A DNA stretch of 64,000 nt from a virus. Location: positions 38,002 through 102,001 of IMG/VR virus record IMGVR_UViG_3300026078_000022; one strand, 5' to 3'. The notes under the pieces are model-generated. The model was not told the origin of the DNA. It ran no database searches and saw nothing but the letters and a program-made list of their open reading frames with translations. Numbering within the stretch: the stretch's first letter is position 1; every line of letters begins with the position of its first letter. Both the position numbers and the translations under genes were made by a program. Of the stretch, positions 9,377-19,420 are shown piece by piece.

Positions 9377-11743
9377 TTAAACTGTAGATACACATATAAA
9401 TTTAAGTGCTAAATCCTGAACTCCGGTATTATTAGTAGTACTTATTGCAAAGAAAAATTGTGTTGCATCAAAGGCTCCTACTTCTAAAGTACAATCAAAG
9501 TTTGCATTAAATTCAGCCCATGTACTATTTCCGTTATTACCTAATATTGCTATCGGTAAATAATTATCGTCTACTAATGCACTAGGAAAAGTATACACGT
9601 AGGCTGATAATCCATTTGTACTACTAGCTAATAATGTACAATGCGGATCTGTAGGTGGTGTATTCATATCCCCTATTTCAATGTACCCTGTCTTTAATAT
9701 CTTATTAAGATTAGGCACGAATACATTTTGTATAGGAAACGAACCCGTTACTACGGCAATATTACCGACCCCGGTATTAGTGAGATTATATTGGGTAGAA
9801 GGGCAAGTAACTGCACAAAAAGCATCTTTAACCGAACTATCGGAACTTATAGAGTTAATTACACCTAATGCTATTTGTTTGTTGCTAAATCCTACACAAT
9901 TAGTCCCATCATTACCATATGCCCTTGCATTACCGGTAAAGTTAGAAGAGGGGCTATCCTGAAATATAGCTTTCAATTTGTCACAGGTAACGGTAGTTAC
10001 AGTACTTATTCTGGCTGCTAGATTACAAATTGACGTAGCAACCCCTGAATTAAAATCACTTTGTTTTTGATCTATCCCATAATTATTTGTTACAATATTC
10101 CCATTATAATCGAATGAACAAAGTGACAGGGCATTACCTAATGCCACTTGTAGTGCAGTTATATTACATAGATAATCAATTATAGCCTGCAATACTTCTA
10201 CTAATGTTTTATTTGTTGACTGAAATTGGATGGTCAACGTTGGTGTACCTACTGTCATTGTAGATACATGATTAGTATTGTTAGTTGTACTAACACTTAA
10301 TGTACCAGAATTGTATGATACCGACCATGCACCTAGTGATAAGCTATTTAACCATGTTTGTATTCCAGATGGATCGTTGGCGAATAGAGGGGGTGCGGAA
10401 TATATTGTTCCGTTTATTACTATATTGGTAATAGTCGTTGATCCTGTCAATCCCGCCTGAGTGAAAAAATAATGTGCAGCAGTTAGATCAATTACACATT
10501 GACCCAACAATCCGGTTATGAGTGAACCAGATGATACAATAAGTTGGTTAAATTGATTTAATAATGTTGGATCATTTTCAATGGCAGTTAAAATATAACC
10601 AGCCATTATGGTATAATTGAAAGTAATTTTATACTTAACCGTATTTGTTACTGAAGTATCTATGGCTATTGAAAACGCTAAATCCCCTGTATCTCCTTTT
10701 ACAACCTGATATGTTTTTGATGTAATGGTATACGTCTTTGTGCTACCGGTCGTTACGGCTGAAGTTGTTACATCTCCACCCCCGACAATAACTATATCAT
10801 AAACACTAGGATTAATTGGTGTAATCTCATTTTGACCTATGGATGTAACACCACAATTACAGGTAAGCGCCTTTTTGATAAACTCAGATTCTATGGATGA
10901 ATCCTGACCATTTATCTCTTTTAACAATCCAGTTAATAAATATGGGGATATTTCAGCTAACTGATGTTTTGCATGTTGTCCAATTGCATTATCACAATTC
11001 TTTCTGGCCGTATCCTGAACTTGTGCAATGCAACATATCAAATCTGACATTTTATCGGCACATACTACATCAAAAGTACTATTGGTGAGATACGTAACAT
11101 CCAAAAATACAGCATCCCCTAAATCATAGGCTGCTACCGTACTACAATTAATACGATATTGTCCGGTATAAACTACATTATTACTAAAAGGTGTGCCGGT
11201 AAATGTTACAGCACTTATTGTTCCTGTTGGATAATAAAGTGTTCCTGATTTTGTTACCGATGAAGGCTGTGAATTATTATACGTAAGTAGTGTTAATTCC
11301 TTAACAGTTAAGTTATTATTTACGCAATCTACCGACAATTGAAACATTCCGGGAACATACCCGCTATCCTGAAAGTTTACAGGCTGACAAATTGTTTTAT
11401 ATAAAGGTACTGTTTGATAAATTGATCCATTTTGATCTTTAATTGCCGATATGATCTGGTAGGTTTGAAATAAGAATGCGAAATTAACAGAACTTAAATC
11501 AAGAGTAAATATCTGTGTAACTGATGGGACAATATAGTTTGAAGGCGTCGAAAAGTCAATCGGGGTCAAAATAACTCCGTCCCCATCCACTAAAGAAAAT
11601 GATATCCCTTGAACAGCAGTAATACCACTTCCCTGATAGGTTGTAGCTGATGTATCAAAAATTACTGCGCGATTAAAAATATCAAAGGTTACTTTAACGT
11701 TTAAAGTTCCAATGTTCCCCTGATTTATTATAAGTTGAGGCAT
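9377..11743 (-). CDS. Virion structural protein, probable fibre/spike
   Basis: 788 aa, Thr/Ser/Cys-rich; C-terminal GYIEIGD...YTFPSAL.DDNY.P...QDL resembles Bacteroidota phage fibre-tip domains. Confidence 0.55.
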   Translation of the reverse strand: MPQLIINQGNIGTLNVKVTFDIFNRAVIFDTSATTYQGSGITAVQGISFSLVDGDGVILTPIDFSTPSNYIVPSVTQIFTLDLSSVNFAFLFQTYQIISAIKDQNGSIYQTVPLYKTICQPVNFQDSGYVPGMFQLSVDCVNNNLTVKELTLLTYNNSQPSSVTKSGTLYYPTGTISAVTFTGTPFSNNVVYTGQYRINCSTVAAYDLGDAVFLDVTYLTNSTFDVVCADKMSDLICCIAQVQDTARKNCDNAIGQHAKHQLAEISPYLLTGLLKEINGQDSSIESEFIKKALTCNCGVTSIGQNEITPINPSVYDIVIVGGGDVTTSAVTTGSTKTYTITSKTYQVVKGDTGDLAFSIAIDTSVTNTVKYKITFNYTIMAGYILTAIENDPTLLNQFNQLIVSSGSLITGLLGQCVIDLTAAHYFFTQAGLTGSTTITNIVINGTIYSAPPLFANDPSGIQTWLNSLSLGAWSVSYNSGTLSVSTTNNTNHVSTMTVGTPTLTIQFQSTNKTLVEVLQAIIDYLCNITALQVALGNALSLCSFDYNGNIVTNNYGIDQKQSDFNSGVATSICNLAARISTVTTVTCDKLKAIFQDSPSSNFTGNARAYGNDGTNCVGFSNKQIALGVINSISSDSSVKDAFCAVTCPSTQYNLTNTGVGNIAVVTGSFPIQNVFVPNLNKILKTGYIEIGDMNTPPTDPHCTLLASSTNGLSAYVYTFPSALVDDNYLPIAILGNNGNSTWAEFNANFDCTLEVGAFDATQFFFAISTTNNTGVQDLALKFICVSTV

Positions 11744-11832
11744 TATCTTCTGATTTAATTCTTTAAATCACTAACGTATTTGAAGGGATGATAAATTATA
11801 TGTGAAAATACCATTTTTTTAGGTTTTTACAT

Positions 11833-11944
11833 TATTTTTGATTATAAATATACCGACCGCAAGCGGTTTATAATAAACTATTTATGGCCTGAATTTTTTA
11901 GGACGTCTTGCGGCGTTTTAAGAAAGGAAGGCCAATCTTATTTT
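11833..11944 (+). promoter_or_regulatory. Bacteroidota-type promoter (TATTTTTG) and structured leader of the GIY-YIG gene
   Basis: TAnnTTTG at 11833-11840; long hairpin 11885-11934 whose loop CTTGCGG is complementary to upstream CCGCAAG. Confidence 0.5.
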
Positions 11945-12886
11945 ATGGCAATTTGTGGTGTTTATCTAATAATTAGTCCTATTGGAAGACGATACATTGG
12001 AAGTAGTATTGATATTGAGGCTAGATGGAAAAGATACAGGATAATGAATTGCAAAAGTCAAATTTTACTTTACAGATCGTTCAAAAAATATACACCAGAT
12101 AAACATAAATTTACAGTGTTATTAGAATGTCTTCCTGAAGAAAGGCTTATTTGGGAGCGCATTTTTGGTGATTTATACCGATCCCTTAATGATTTTGGAG
12201 GGTTAAATAATAGCCTTCCTAAAACAAACGATAAACCACAAATTTTTTCAAAGGCATTTAGGAATAAGGTAAGTAGTACGTTAAAAAAGATGTATAAAAA
12301 TAATCCAGACTTATTGAAACAAATGAGCGATAAGAAAAAAAAGTTTCTCAAAGACAATCCGGATTTTATTAAAAAAATAACAGAAAAGGGGAATATCACA
12401 AGACAAACTCCTGAATACAGGAAAAATAGGAGTGACATAGCAAAAAAATACGCTAATACACCAGAAAGAAGAAAATTTCAAAGCGAATTCATGAAAAATA
12501 GATTTAATAATCCAGAAGAAAGAAAAGCACAAAGTGAAAGAACCAAAAAATATGTAAGTAACCCAGAAGTTAGAAAGAGATTAAGTGAACAATCAAAAAA
12601 ACAATTTGAAAACATTGAAGTAAGGAAACAATTTTCTGATCGAACTAAAAAATATTTTATAGAAAATCCAGATGCAGCTAAAAGACATGGAGAATTAATG
12701 AAAAAAAGATTCAAAGAAAATCCAGACAAAGTAAACTGTGCTAAAAAAGTTATCAATACAGAAACTAGTGAAATATTTTATTCTATAAAAAAAGCTGCTG
12801 CTAGCATTGGGATAAGCAAATCTTCTTTAAGTATGAAATTAAACGGTATTACTAAAATAAATGATACTCCCTTTAAGTTTTTATAA
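11945..12886 (+). CDS. Free-standing GIY-YIG homing endonuclease with NUMOD3-like repeats and C-terminal NUMOD1-like HTH
   Basis: CGVYLI...YIGSS..I..RW.Y; ~18-aa repeats PE.RK..SE..KK; KKVIN...FYSIKKAA. Confidence 0.9.
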   Translation: MAICGVYLIISPIGRRYIGSSIDIEARWKRYRIMNCKSQILLYRSFKKYTPDKHKFTVLLECLPEERLIWERIFGDLYRSLNDFGGLNNSLPKTNDKPQIFSKAFRNKVSSTLKKMYKNNPDLLKQMSDKKKKFLKDNPDFIKKITEKGNITRQTPEYRKNRSDIAKKYANTPERRKFQSEFMKNRFNNPEERKAQSERTKKYVSNPEVRKRLSEQSKKQFENIEVRKQFSDRTKKYFIENPDAAKRHGELMKKRFKENPDKVNCAKKVINTETSEIFYSIKKAAASIGISKSSLSMKLNGITKINDTPFKFL

Positions 12887-12925
12887 AAAAAAGAGACTTG
12901 TTATATCTGGCAAGCCTCTTTTTTA
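12886..12925. terminator. Bidirectional intrinsic terminator
   Basis: A-tract, AGAGACTTG..CAAGCCTCT hairpin and T-tract between convergent genes. Confidence 0.75.
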
Positions 12926-12946
12926 TGAAATATATGTACTAACCCA

Positions 12947-13528
12947 TTAGCTGCTGCAACTACCGCTCAAAATGACATCCCCACCTACCGGTGTTAAAGT
13001 GGTATAGAACGATTGAACGGTATAGTGCGATAACCCTGTAATATGGGATTTAAGAATCGCTCCACCAACAATATTAGTCAAATAATCCAATGCAATATTA
13101 CCATGCGCTGTTGTTGTGCCATCATCCAGACGTAAAATACAGAAGCTATTTAACGTAAGCGGATTGAATGATGGGATACCTGTTGTATAGAATCGTGTTA
13201 CGACTGTCGGAACAGAATCGCAGCAGGCATTACAAGCATCTACTAGGCCAGAAGCAGATGCAATATCAATCATAGCATCCTTTCCGTCCTGTTCGATCCA
13301 CCAACCTTGAAGAGTATTTGCATCAAGAACTTGCGGCGAAGTAGGATAGAATGTCGGTGTGTAGATAATGGTAGTTCCGTCACCCGGTGCTAATTCACGA
13401 AGTAACCAAACCCTGCGAGGGCTGAAGGCATTCAACCGATCACAATTGATCGTTATGGTTTGGTTTTCATCACCTACATACCGGTGGGCTGTACCGTCAT
13501 AAATGACATATGCGTTTACTGTTGACAT
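12947..13528 (-). CDS. Probable auxiliary capsid/decoration protein
   Basis: Last gene of the capsid operon before the terminator; beta-rich; CNACC motif. Confidence 0.45.
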   Translation of the reverse strand: MSTVNAYVIYDGTAHRYVGDENQTITINCDRLNAFSPRRVWLLRELAPGDGTTIIYTPTFYPTSPQVLDANTLQGWWIEQDGKDAMIDIASASGLVDACNACCDSVPTVVTRFYTTGIPSFNPLTLNSFCILRLDDGTTTAHGNIALDYLTNIVGGAILKSHITGLSHYTVQSFYTTLTPVGGDVILSGSCSS

Positions 13529-13536
13529 TTAATAAG

Positions 13537-14508
13537 TTATTTTAATTTTTCGGCGATTTTTTCTATCTTTTGTATACCTTCAAATACTTCAGGTTCAAGG
13601 AAGTTTTCATACGCCCAGTTAATCATATCGCGTCCTTTTGCTGGAATATTTTCTAAGATGGGTTCTTTTTTGTTTTGACCTACTGCAATGAACCCATCTT
13701 TAGTTAAATCAATTGCATGATAGGATTCTAACTTTGAAAATACATCTGACACTTTCCGTTTGTAATCATGGACGCGAGAGGCAAACACATGAGGTTTTTG
13801 GTCAGCAAATAATTTCAGTGTGGTGAAAATTTCCTGAACATCATCCTTATTTACTTCTTTAGTTTCTATACCTTTTACAATATCGAATAGATTACGTATT
13901 GATTCCGGTTTTGAAGATGCTTTATTTACCAAAACAATGTTATCAAATTTACTGTCAATTTCTTTTGTTTCTTCCCGGTCTACTTCTTCCTGATGTATCT
14001 CTTTGAACATCCATCCTTCTGCTTCAGGGTTGTGATAGATAGAATGTTCGTTATGATGATGAACTTTTAGCATTTGTACTAATGAGCCTTGACTTTGTTC
14101 ATCAAATTCATTAGGCCCATGTGACAAAGTAATCAAAGCGGCATAAGCGCTGTCTTCCGGAATATCTACTTTTAAACGTAGATCCTGATAATCCCTGTCA
14201 ATCGTTTGGTATCCGGGAACATATCTGCATCTGATGGGAGTGGCAATATTTTTATGCGTCCCCCATTTAACAAATTCTATTTCTCCGGAATAATTTTCAT
14301 CTTCTACATTCACAATTCTATCGGGTCTTTTACTTTTTATCAGTCGTATACCCCATGCCTCAGTACCATTAGGAATACCATACGCACCTACTTGTATAGA
14401 TACTTCTTTAGGTTCTCCTTTTATGATGTCATTCCGACCGCTTACCAAATATCCTGATAAAGCGTTTGTTTCTCTTTTACGACCACAAAAAATATGATAT
14501 TTACCCAT
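13537..14508 (-). CDS. Capsid-operon protein downstream of MCP
   Basis: 323-aa ORF directly after the MCP, as in crAss-like gene order. Confidence 0.5.
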   Translation of the reverse strand: MGKYHIFCGRKRETNALSGYLVSGRNDIIKGEPKEVSIQVGAYGIPNGTEAWGIRLIKSKRPDRIVNVEDENYSGEIEFVKWGTHKNIATPIRCRYVPGYQTIDRDYQDLRLKVDIPEDSAYAALITLSHGPNEFDEQSQGSLVQMLKVHHHNEHSIYHNPEAEGWMFKEIHQEEVDREETKEIDSKFDNIVLVNKASSKPESIRNLFDIVKGIETKEVNKDDVQEIFTTLKLFADQKPHVFASRVHDYKRKVSDVFSKLESYHAIDLTKDGFIAVGQNKKEPILENIPAKGRDMINWAYENFLEPEVFEGIQKIEKIAEKLK

Positions 14509-14526
14509 AAATCTTTTTAGAAATTA

Positions 14527-15990
14527 TTAATTAGTTTGAGCATTTGAGGAACCTCTCCACACCATACCTAAACGGGTTGGTGCATGTATTTCGATACCGA
14601 ACGTATCTTTAATACCGATACGCAGGTTCCTTTCCAAGCGCTCTCTGGCATCATCTACCCACACTCTCATGTCGCGTCCGGGTTCTGCGCCTTCGATATT
14701 CACAAAGTTTACGATTGGTACGCGATTACCCATTGTATCTGTAAAGGCTTTCAAAGGCATGAGCATTGCGAAATTGCTCAGGATATGCCCATAACGATAG
14801 CTATCAAACATATCTACCTGATAAGCCCGGAAGTTGTAGTTACTCCACATGAAATCCTTGAATTGGAAGTATGTAAAGTCTCTTGCACCTTCACCACCTT
14901 CACCAAATAATTTGTAACGGTAGTTTTGATTATAGTTGCGAACTAAAGATGCCATTGCTTCGCCCCAATCAATTCCAAAGTTGAAATCATGGCATAGCAT
15001 ATAATCATTCGACCCATTGATTTTGCGAAGATTTTTAATCATTGCGAAAAGAAGGCTCTTGAATGATCCGCTCATGAATGTATCATAAGCGAAATTGAAC
15101 ATGCCGTATTTCTCAATGGTTGGAATTACCCCGTTGAAACCTTCATTAGCTGTGATGTCTCTTTGATCGAACAGAGTTTTCATGTTTCTGTTAGCGATCA
15201 ATTTGGCTTCAGCTTTCTGGCTCATGGATGGGATATACCAGTAATCAATTGCCTTTCCGAATGGATCAAGACCTTTGATGATAAAGAAAGTTTTGTCGTA
15301 AACGAAATTATCAATTTCACTTTCATCTACGGCCAAACCATCTTCATATTTTTGAACCCATGATTTGTAAAGAATTGGAGGATTACCTACTTCACCGTGT
15401 GTCGCGATAGGATTGGTGTTATTGATATTGTAAGGTACCATTGGTGCCATTACAAGAACGTAGGTATTCCGTTGTGTCAGGTTGATTACTTCTCCGTTGA
15501 TTGGAGCAATTGTAATGCTAATATTACCGGCTGAATTTTCAGTGACATTGGTGATGTTTACCTTCTGCCGGTTATGTTTGAAGTAAGCCTGAAAACCTGC
15601 AATTGGCTTACTATAAAGGCCATTTAAACTTTGGGAGAATCTGTTTACTGTGGTGGTAACAGCACCGCCGCCAATTGGTAAGGGGCCAGTAAGACCGTTA
15701 ATGGAAAATGCCTGTGTTTCGAAAATGTCATATTCGGCCCAATAAAATGTATTAGCCTTTACCATTTTCTTGTCGGCTCCTAAGAGGCTTTGCACTTGGC
15801 TCCATAACCCCCAAAAACCCGAATCCTGATAAGGTAATACAATAGCGGCCTGACCACTAATGTTTCCCCTGATTTCTGGTTTATAAACCATTTGGGCAAG
15901 AGGGTCATACATTTGGGTAGCTGTCTGACCTTTGATGGCTGCATTTATCGCCATCGTACCACCTTCAGAAAAAAATTGATTAGCGTCCAA
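14527..15990 (-). CDS. Major capsid protein
   Basis: 487 aa (TTG start) after the scaffold; FYWAE (E-loop-like), GFNGVIPTIEKYG and GIEIHAPTR patterns consistent with an HK97-fold crAss-like MCP. Confidence 0.8.
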   Translation of the reverse strand: MDANQFFSEGGTMAINAAIKGQTATQMYDPLAQMVYKPEIRGNISGQAAIVLPYQDSGFWGLWSQVQSLLGADKKMVKANTFYWAEYDIFETQAFSINGLTGPLPIGGGAVTTTVNRFSQSLNGLYSKPIAGFQAYFKHNRQKVNITNVTENSAGNISITIAPINGEVINLTQRNTYVLVMAPMVPYNINNTNPIATHGEVGNPPILYKSWVQKYEDGLAVDESEIDNFVYDKTFFIIKGLDPFGKAIDYWYIPSMSQKAEAKLIANRNMKTLFDQRDITANEGFNGVIPTIEKYGMFNFAYDTFMSGSFKSLLFAMIKNLRKINGSNDYMLCHDFNFGIDWGEAMASLVRNYNQNYRYKLFGEGGEGARDFTYFQFKDFMWSNYNFRAYQVDMFDSYRYGHILSNFAMLMPLKAFTDTMGNRVPIVNFVNIEGAEPGRDMRVWVDDARERLERNLRIGIKDTFGIEIHAPTRLGMVWRGSSNAQTN

Positions 15991-16012
15991 AGTTTGAAAT
16001 TTTTAATATTTT

Positions 16013-17008
16013 TTAATAGCCGTGTATTTTAGAGCGCACTTTAGCCTGACTTTCTGCAATCTCCTGATCGGCATTCTTAATGTTTTCTTGTGATTGTCCA
16101 CCACCTTTTATAATGGCGAATGGTTGGTTTGCACCAACATTGGAACCTTTTAAAACGCCCCTTCCATGTCCTGTTTCAAAACTTTTTGAAAGAGCAGTTT
16201 CAAAATATTTTTGTTTTAAAAATCCGTTTATTTTTTTTGCAAGTGCTGGCTTTATTTCATCCAATTTACCGTTACTATCTAGGTATGACCGGAATGTTTT
16301 TGGATTAATAAAGGTTTTGGCTAGTTCTTCCCGGTCTTCTTTTGATAATTCTACTTCTACAGATATTTCTTCATCGCCATCTTTGGTTTTAAAGAAAGAC
16401 AATTTATCGGGGGTATTTTCTTTTATGAGATCGTCAATAAATTTCTTGTAGGGAGCTACTTGTTTCTCGATAGCTCGATCTTCATCATATTGAGTTTTGG
16501 CACTCTTATAAGTAGATTCTAATGGATTTTTTATTTCGGCGGCTTCTTTCTGAAGTCTGGCTAAACCGCGTGCCCTTGTTTTTTCGTTTTCAGAATTAAG
16601 TTTATACTCAAATTCAAAGGCATCTTTTAGTTCGTCATCCGTTATTTCGGGGTTATCTTCTTTCTGCTCATTGGCAAATCTTTCAAACACTAAATCTCTT
16701 TCTGCTTTTTTACTGATAGTATCGAATCTTGAAAAATCATCATCCTTCATCAAGTCCTTTTCTACTGCATATTTCCGGAAGTTTACTTTTTCAAGTTCAG
16801 CTTCTTTTGCAACTTGTTCGGGTGTTTTTTCTGGTTCTTTTGAAACTATTGATTCTTTATAAGCCCTTAATTCGGCTAATTCCCTTTGAATATCTTCAGG
16901 GATTACAACTTCTGTAGATGTATTTTGAGTAGAAGATTCACCGCCTCCTGCGTTACTTCCGGTTTCTCCGGCATCACCATCATAAATAAAACGTGGGAAA
17001 AGAATCAT
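16013..17008 (-). CDS. Capsid scaffolding protein
   Basis: Acidic, helical, disordered N-terminus; directly upstream of the MCP. Confidence 0.65.
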   Translation of the reverse strand: MILFPRFIYDGDAGETGSNAGGGESSTQNTSTEVVIPEDIQRELAELRAYKESIVSKEPEKTPEQVAKEAELEKVNFRKYAVEKDLMKDDDFSRFDTISKKAERDLVFERFANEQKEDNPEITDDELKDAFEFEYKLNSENEKTRARGLARLQKEAAEIKNPLESTYKSAKTQYDEDRAIEKQVAPYKKFIDDLIKENTPDKLSFFKTKDGDEEISVEVELSKEDREELAKTFINPKTFRSYLDSNGKLDEIKPALAKKINGFLKQKYFETALSKSFETGHGRGVLKGSNVGANQPFAIIKGGGQSQENIKNADQEIAESQAKVRSKIHGY

Positions 17009-17084
17009 AAATCTTTGAAGTTCATGTAAAATAAAATCTATTTAATAATAATGCTTTATATTTACTGCGGTAAAAACCTGATTT

Positions 17085-17396
17085 ATGGCGAAAAAACCGA
17101 ACCCGGTTATCGAAGTTTATAAAGGTGTTAATATTAGGGCTATCAATGAAGTCCGGCTCTCTCTCAATCCCAGTTACTTTAAAAAAATAATAGACGAAGT
17201 TGATAAAACAGGTTTATCAATTCATAAAGTCATTGCTTATAGTGGTAAACCATGTGATAGATGCAAGAATACTGATGTTACCGTTTATGATAGTGACGGT
17301 AATCCAAAATATGTCAGACGGGGAATACTTCATATACCAGATTCTAACGGCGTGGATATAATAACTAAAGCAAAAAATAGATGCAACAAGCAGTGA
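17085..17396 (+). CDS. Hypothetical protein with CxxC
   Basis: Open frame after an AT-rich divergent intergenic region. Confidence 0.55.
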   Translation: MAKKPNPVIEVYKGVNIRAINEVRLSLNPSYFKKIIDEVDKTGLSIHKVIAYSGKPCDRCKNTDVTVYDSDGNPKYVRRGILHIPDSNGVDIITKAKNRCNKQ

Positions 17397-18028
17397 AATT
17401 AGCTCAACGAATGAGCAAGCAACTTGATAAGAATTGGTTACCTGAACTAGAAGAAATTAACCTTCATAAACTATTCCATCCGGTTTACACATTCCCGCAC
17501 AACATAATTACTCTAAATACAATTGTAGCCTATATAATTCTAGCATACGACAGTGATTCGGGTTGGATAAATCTAAAACAAAATAGGCTTGACAATAAAT
17601 TAGATATTTTAAAATCTCTTGACGCTAACCCTGAAGAAGAAGTATATCAATCAATCTTAAATCTTGACACTACAGATATACAAGATGTTATCCACGAATA
17701 CCTTCAAATACAAATTGATTGGAAGTTTAAAACTATTATTGCTTGTTTCGATTATCACAGTAAGCATATTCGATCCGCGACTGAACCGATCCCCGCTTCA
17801 GTTACAGATGAACTTGAAAAAAGTAAAATAAACAAGGCGAAGGGAGAACTTCTAAAGGAAAGCATCCGACAAAGGACTGTAGGCGAAGAACTGTTATTAG
17901 AACTAAAAAAAGAACACGTTAAATTAGACCATGTAACTCAAAGTGAATTTAATTTCATTGCTACGGATGTTGAGCATGTTGATGTCATGAGCTGGCGACA
18001 CTGGATTCGTTCTTTAAAACAGAAGTAA
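17381..18028 (+). CDS. Hypothetical helical protein (terminase small subunit candidate)
   Basis: 215 aa, C-terminal coiled coil; overlaps the previous ORF; function is a guess. Confidence 0.5.
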   Translation: MQQAVKLAQRMSKQLDKNWLPELEEINLHKLFHPVYTFPHNIITLNTIVAYIILAYDSDSGWINLKQNRLDNKLDILKSLDANPEEEVYQSILNLDTTDIQDVIHEYLQIQIDWKFKTIIACFDYHSKHIRSATEPIPASVTDELEKSKINKAKGELLKESIRQRTVGEELLLELKKEHVKLDHVTQSEFNFIATDVEHVDVMSWRHWIRSLKQK

Positions 18029-18212
18029 TATACTTGCGTATATCCCTTCTGTTTTTTAATTGCCAATAGGTCGTATCCTTGATATTATATTTTTCACATG
18101 CCTCTTTAGTTTTTAATCCGGAATTATAAATCTCTATCGCTAATTCGGTAGGCAAATACACTCTCTTATATTGCTTTCCTGTAACATGGTCAGAGGTAAT
18201 ATTTGTGGCTAT
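17985..18212 (-). pseudogene. Remnant C-terminal HTH of an HNH homing endonuclease
   Basis: Frame with no ATG: ATNITSDHVTGKQYKRVYLPTELAIEIYNSGLKTKEACEKYNIKDTTYWQLKNRR. Confidence 0.5.
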
Positions 18213-18234
18213 TTATTATGCAATAATAAATAAT

Positions 18235-19419
18235 TTATTCTAACAAACTTTCCTTTTTTAATCCTTCGGCCATTTTTATCCGTTTCATTACATTATCATA
18301 GGGGCCAGACCAACTTTCATCTGGTCTTTTTTCTAAAAACTTATCATTCTTTAGATACCCTTTTTGGTTATATGATTCCATCATTTTTTGAGCGTTTCCT
18401 TCTCCCGCATTATAGGAAACTAAGGTGAAAAAATCACGCGCTTTGGGAGATAATTTAATGTTTCTTTGTTTTGAAAAATCATCCACTTCATCCCGGCTTG
18501 ATCTCATCATAGCCGCTTTTGCTTGAAGCCCGGCTTCAGGTGTTTTAAAGTCTGCCGAATTTACCTTAGCATGCTTTTCATTTTCATGAGTACTTTTTAT
18601 AAACTGATCTTTAAATTCAGCCGGTAAATATCCCTTTTTTACTAATCCGGGGAAGGCATCATAAAAATTATCCACTCCCAAATTTTTGTATCCACTTACG
18701 GGGTAGTCTTTATTTTCACTCCAAGTATTTACCATGCCTTTTGAATCTGCGTACAAACCACTCATTCCTTCTTCCATTGCTGATGAATAAAGTAAAGCAG
18801 GATCTAGGTCTAATTTTTTAGCCGAATCAATTGCCATTTGTTTCGATGTAGTTCTCCCCCATGATGGAATTTCATTAACGCGTAATGGTGTATCTCCGCG
18901 TTTTTCTAATAATCCCGCCCCATGTTTATTAATAAATTCTTTCGCATATGACAACCTTGATTCGGGATTTTTAAAGTCAGGTAATGGTATTCTATCTCCG
19001 GCGTTTACTACGTTATCAGATTGAGCCGTTTGTTGTTGGGCGGCTTGTTGTTGTGGTTGAGGAACAACCGGCGCATTAGGGTTCTTTTTATATTGAAGTT
19101 TGCCTGATGCATCCTTAGTGACAGTATATCCTAATTTGGTATATTGATCTACTATTTTTTGTTCGGCAGGAGTAAAGTTACCGGCTGGTTTTTCTGGATC
19201 ACCCGTACCATTACTTAAAAATGATTGTAATTTATCTTTCCATGCACCGGAAGTACTACTATCGGAATTAAATGCCAATACGTTATCCATGAACTTATCA
19301 GAATTTTCTTTTCCCAATATGCCCTGTAATCTAGTTTTATCGTTAACTATATTTTGATCGGACATGCTATCGTATTTTGTTCCGATCACCTTTGATAGAA
19401 GATTCTTTAATTCTTCCAT
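18235..19419 (-). CDS. Lytic transglycosylase/lysozyme-like protein
   Basis: LLYSSAMEEG (candidate catalytic Glu) and LVSYNAGEGN (SLT motif III); Gln-rich linker. Confidence 0.65.
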   Translation of the reverse strand: MEELKNLLSKVIGTKYDSMSDQNIVNDKTRLQGILGKENSDKFMDNVLAFNSDSSTSGAWKDKLQSFLSNGTGDPEKPAGNFTPAEQKIVDQYTKLGYTVTKDASGKLQYKKNPNAPVVPQPQQQAAQQQTAQSDNVVNAGDRIPLPDFKNPESRLSYAKEFINKHGAGLLEKRGDTPLRVNEIPSWGRTTSKQMAIDSAKKLDLDPALLYSSAMEEGMSGLYADSKGMVNTWSENKDYPVSGYKNLGVDNFYDAFPGLVKKGYLPAEFKDQFIKSTHENEKHAKVNSADFKTPEAGLQAKAAMMRSSRDEVDDFSKQRNIKLSPKARDFFTLVSYNAGEGNAQKMMESYNQKGYLKNDKFLEKRPDESWSGPYDNVMKRIKMAEGLKKESLLE

Positions 19420-19420
19420 A

